From: Lama guanicoe
Lineage: Eukaryota
NCBI GenBank assembly: GCA_013239625.1
Contig: MU057346.1
Span: forward strand, 2,938,431-3,002,430
Length of the DNA: 64,000 bases
Reading direction: 5' to 3'
Made by a program: the position numbers and the translations under genes. Within the stretch, counting starts at the first letter, position 1. Each line of letters begins with the position of its first letter. Below the pieces are notes generated by a model. It worked only from the letters and a program-made list of their open reading frames with translations. It was not told where the DNA came from and searched no databases. This document shows positions 61,391 through 64,000 of the stretch, piece by piece.

Positions 61391-62110
61391 TACCTGGCAG
61401 CAAAGGCACTTTCTAACTCACTGCAGCAAGCAGTGGGTTCAAATGAGATTATTAAAAGTGAGATGATTTCTAGAATTAGATGAGACCCTAAGTGGAAATC
61501 AGATTTCCATGCCCATTTTTAAGGATTGTCTTGCTGAGCAGATACCGACGAATCATCAGTGTGTGCTGAGTCCCCCGAAGGCTGAGTCTCAGCTCCCCAG
61601 GGCTGTTGAGAGTGGTTTGATCAGGGGGCAACTTCCTGCCCCCTGGCAGCGTTCAGTCCATGGGGTGCAGCTTGCGAGAGGTTTTGTGGAACAAGAGCTG
61701 TCCGGACTAAGTGACGGTCCAGGTCCCAGCTCAGAGATGCAGGGATTTCGTTAGCAAGAGTGAAGGGAGAGACGATGCCATTTGAGCCGGCAGCCGCCAG
61801 CCTCTGCCATGCGGTGCCCTGTGGTGCCTGTATTGGCAGCCGGTCCCCTACATGTGGGGACGACCTTCCTTCCCACATCAAGTTCCAGAGTGTGCGTCCA
61901 AGCTCTGCTTCTGACGGAGCGGTGAGCTGCCTGACCATTGCAGCCTTCTGCTTATGGAATGTCTGCGGATTGTTTCTTTTAGCCCACTTGTGAGCAAGTT
62001 CGGCAGTCTGCTCCCCGCCAGGCGTGGTGAGATTGGAGAGAACTCGAGGATACTCCGTCGTCATGGATGGCCATTGGACAGTTACTGAGTCTGTGGTCTG
62101 GAAGAGTCCC

Positions 62111-62493
62111 TGTGTTAGTGTTCCAGGGCTGCCCCCGTGGCGTACCACACCCTGGGTGGCTTAACCAACAGCATTTCGCATCCTCATGCTTTTGGAGGCT
62201 GGAAGTCCAAGATCAAGGTGGTGGCAGAGCTGGTTTCCCCTGAGACCTGTCTCCTTAGCTTGCAGAAGGCGGCCTTCTCACAGTGTCCCCATGTGGTCCT
62301 CCCTCTTGTGTTGGGCACATCCCCGGTGTGTATTCTTCTTATGAGGCCACTGGTCATATTGGATTAGGGTCCATCCGTAGGACTTCATTTAACCCTAATT
62401 ACCTCTTGAAAGATCCTATCTTCATATACAGCTGTATTGGGGGTTAGGGCTTCAACACAGGACTTTGGGAGAGACACATTTCAGTCCCTAAAC
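62111..62493 (-). mobile_element. MLT1A-type ERVL-MaLR solo LTR (about 380 nt)
   Basis: tgtgttagt...taccacaccctgggtggcttaaccaacag...tggaggctggaagtccaagatcaaggtg...gtcatattggattagggtcca...ggggttagggcttcaaca...gacacatttcagtccc. Confidence 0.9.
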
Positions 62494-62619
62494 CCTCCAT
62501 GCTGGGCATGAGGGAAGGTGTGGAGGGCAAGGAAGAGCAGTCCACACCTTCCATCAGTTTTCAGGGAAGACAGTCTTTTTTTTTTTTTCAATCTTGTAAT
62601 TAAATAATCTCAAGGTGGT

Positions 62620-62890
62620 GAATGCTGTGACGAAGTGTAAGATACTAATTGGTGCAGCTCAGAGCAGACCACTCTAACCTTGCCTAGGGGTAGAGAAGCC
62701 TTCCCTGAGGAGGTGAGGCTGGAATTAGGCATGAAAAGGGGAAGCAGGCTGTTGGGTGGGAGATGGGCCTGGGACCAGGACAGAAGTAGGTGTGATGAGG
62801 ACTTCAAGGCACAGCCCTGTGCGCCGTGAGTTCCAGGAGCTGGAAGGCAGCCTGCGCAGCAAGTGCCTAGAAAGCAGGAGTGAGACGTTG
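62620..62890 (-). mobile_element. L2 internal fragment
   Basis: ctctaaccttgcctaggggtagagaagccttccctgaggaggtgaggctggaattagg. Confidence 0.6.
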
Positions 62891-63014
62891 TTCCAAAGAA
62901 TGCTAGGTCCACGGCTGCATCGCTTTGTCGTCATAGCTGATGCTGTGAAATTGCAGTGAATTTGTTCAGGAAAATTTTGTGATTATGTTGTTTCCATCCT
63001 GTGTGTCAAAGTAA

Positions 63015-63205
63015 GAAGTTCTCCAAAATTCTGGGCCCCTGAGACCCAACCAAAAACTTATTTTTAAAATATCAGTCCCCAGGCCCCACTCCCCAGAGAT
63101 TCTGATTTGATATAACCAGAATGGGGTTCTGGAATCCGTATGTTTAACAAGCACTCCTGGTTCTTTTGGTGCAGATGGTCCATGGAACACATTTTGAGGA
63201 AGCCC
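63015..63205. mobile_element. MER5-type hAT-Charlie MITE
   Basis: ccccaggccccactccccagagattctgattt...ggaatccgtatgtttaacaagcactcc...tggtccatggaacacattttgag. Confidence 0.75.
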
Positions 63206-63424
63206 GATGAGACAAGATGCTGAAGTGTTACCTAGGAAAGCCTAGAAAAGTTGAGCGTCACAGTTCTTGCAAAGAATTAGCAGACCTGTTGGAATATATG
63301 CCCAATTCAACCCATGGGGATGCTTAAGACTAATCTGTCAAGCCTGGAGATGCCACCGTTAGTGTTTTGCGGGTATTGGCTCTTCTAGTTTAATACAGAA
63401 ATCCTACTAGAGGGGACACTCTAA

Positions 63425-63555
63425 GGATCCCTGTTTTACAGATGAACAGTCTGAGGGACAGAGAGGCGAGATGCATTTCTAAGGTCACAGAGTTCATAAG
63501 TGACAGTAAGCCCCCAGACACCAGGTTTAAATGGAGCTGCAGGGCATGTGCCCTT
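63425..63555 (-). mobile_element. MIR fragment
   Basis: atccctgttttacagatgaacagtctgagggacagagagg...aaggtcacagag. Confidence 0.75.
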
Positions 63556-64000
63556 GGGGTGAGGCAGCTGGCACTTCTGTGGCACCTGCTGATCAGCGCT
63601 GCCCCGACTTCTCATTTGTTAGGTGATCTAGATGTTCTTGGGAGATGGACCTAATTTGAACCCAGGGGTATGCTGTTGATTTTCTTCAAAACCGTCACAA
63701 TAGCCCTTGACCCCATCCCTTCCTTCTGCCTATCATATCATTTTTTCATCTTCATTGCTAAAAAATCCACATGGCTTGGAACTATAAACATGGACAACTC
63801 AGGACAGAATCAGAATTTCCTAAATGATGAACTTTTCAACCTTGTTTGTATCTCAATTCTTAAGCATAGTATCCCTAAATTAAAATAATAATAATAATAA
63901 AATAGGCTTTATTTTAAAAACTGCTCTACCAACTCTTTCAGGGTATGTCACTGCCATATTGGATGCATCGTAATTTTAACTTTCACTTCCCATCAACTTA

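Overview
Non-coding placental-mammal genomic DNA, most likely from a camelid (camel, llama, alpaca or vicuna). Two tRNA-Ala-derived SINEs ending ...T(A/C)CCTCCA-polyA resemble the camelid vic-1 family, and an L1 3' end of cetartiodactyl type is present. I find no credible protein-coding exon, functional RNA gene or CRISPR array. The listed ORFs are short chance frames, N-filled frames or frames through decayed transposons. The window is a mosaic of old eutherian repeats (MIR, L2, L1M, hAT MITEs MER5/MER20/MER58/MER63/MER115/MER117/Arthur1, a MER2-type Tigger MITE, an MLT1A solo LTR), microsatellites, 11 N blocks (2,146 nt) and long unique stretches. It could be a large intron (weak hints for the + strand) or a gene desert; I cannot name a host gene. 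Repeat family names come from remembered consensus sequences and need RepeatMasker/Dfam confirmation. I see no evidence for a new biological system. The best leads are modest cis-regulatory or splicing candidates: a 4x TAATTA plus tandem E-box module (41.56-41.64 kb), a CTCF core (32,451), a branchpoint/pyrimidine-tract/AG|GT site resembling a recursive splice site (12,815), and a SINE lacking its anticodon arm nested in a MER20.
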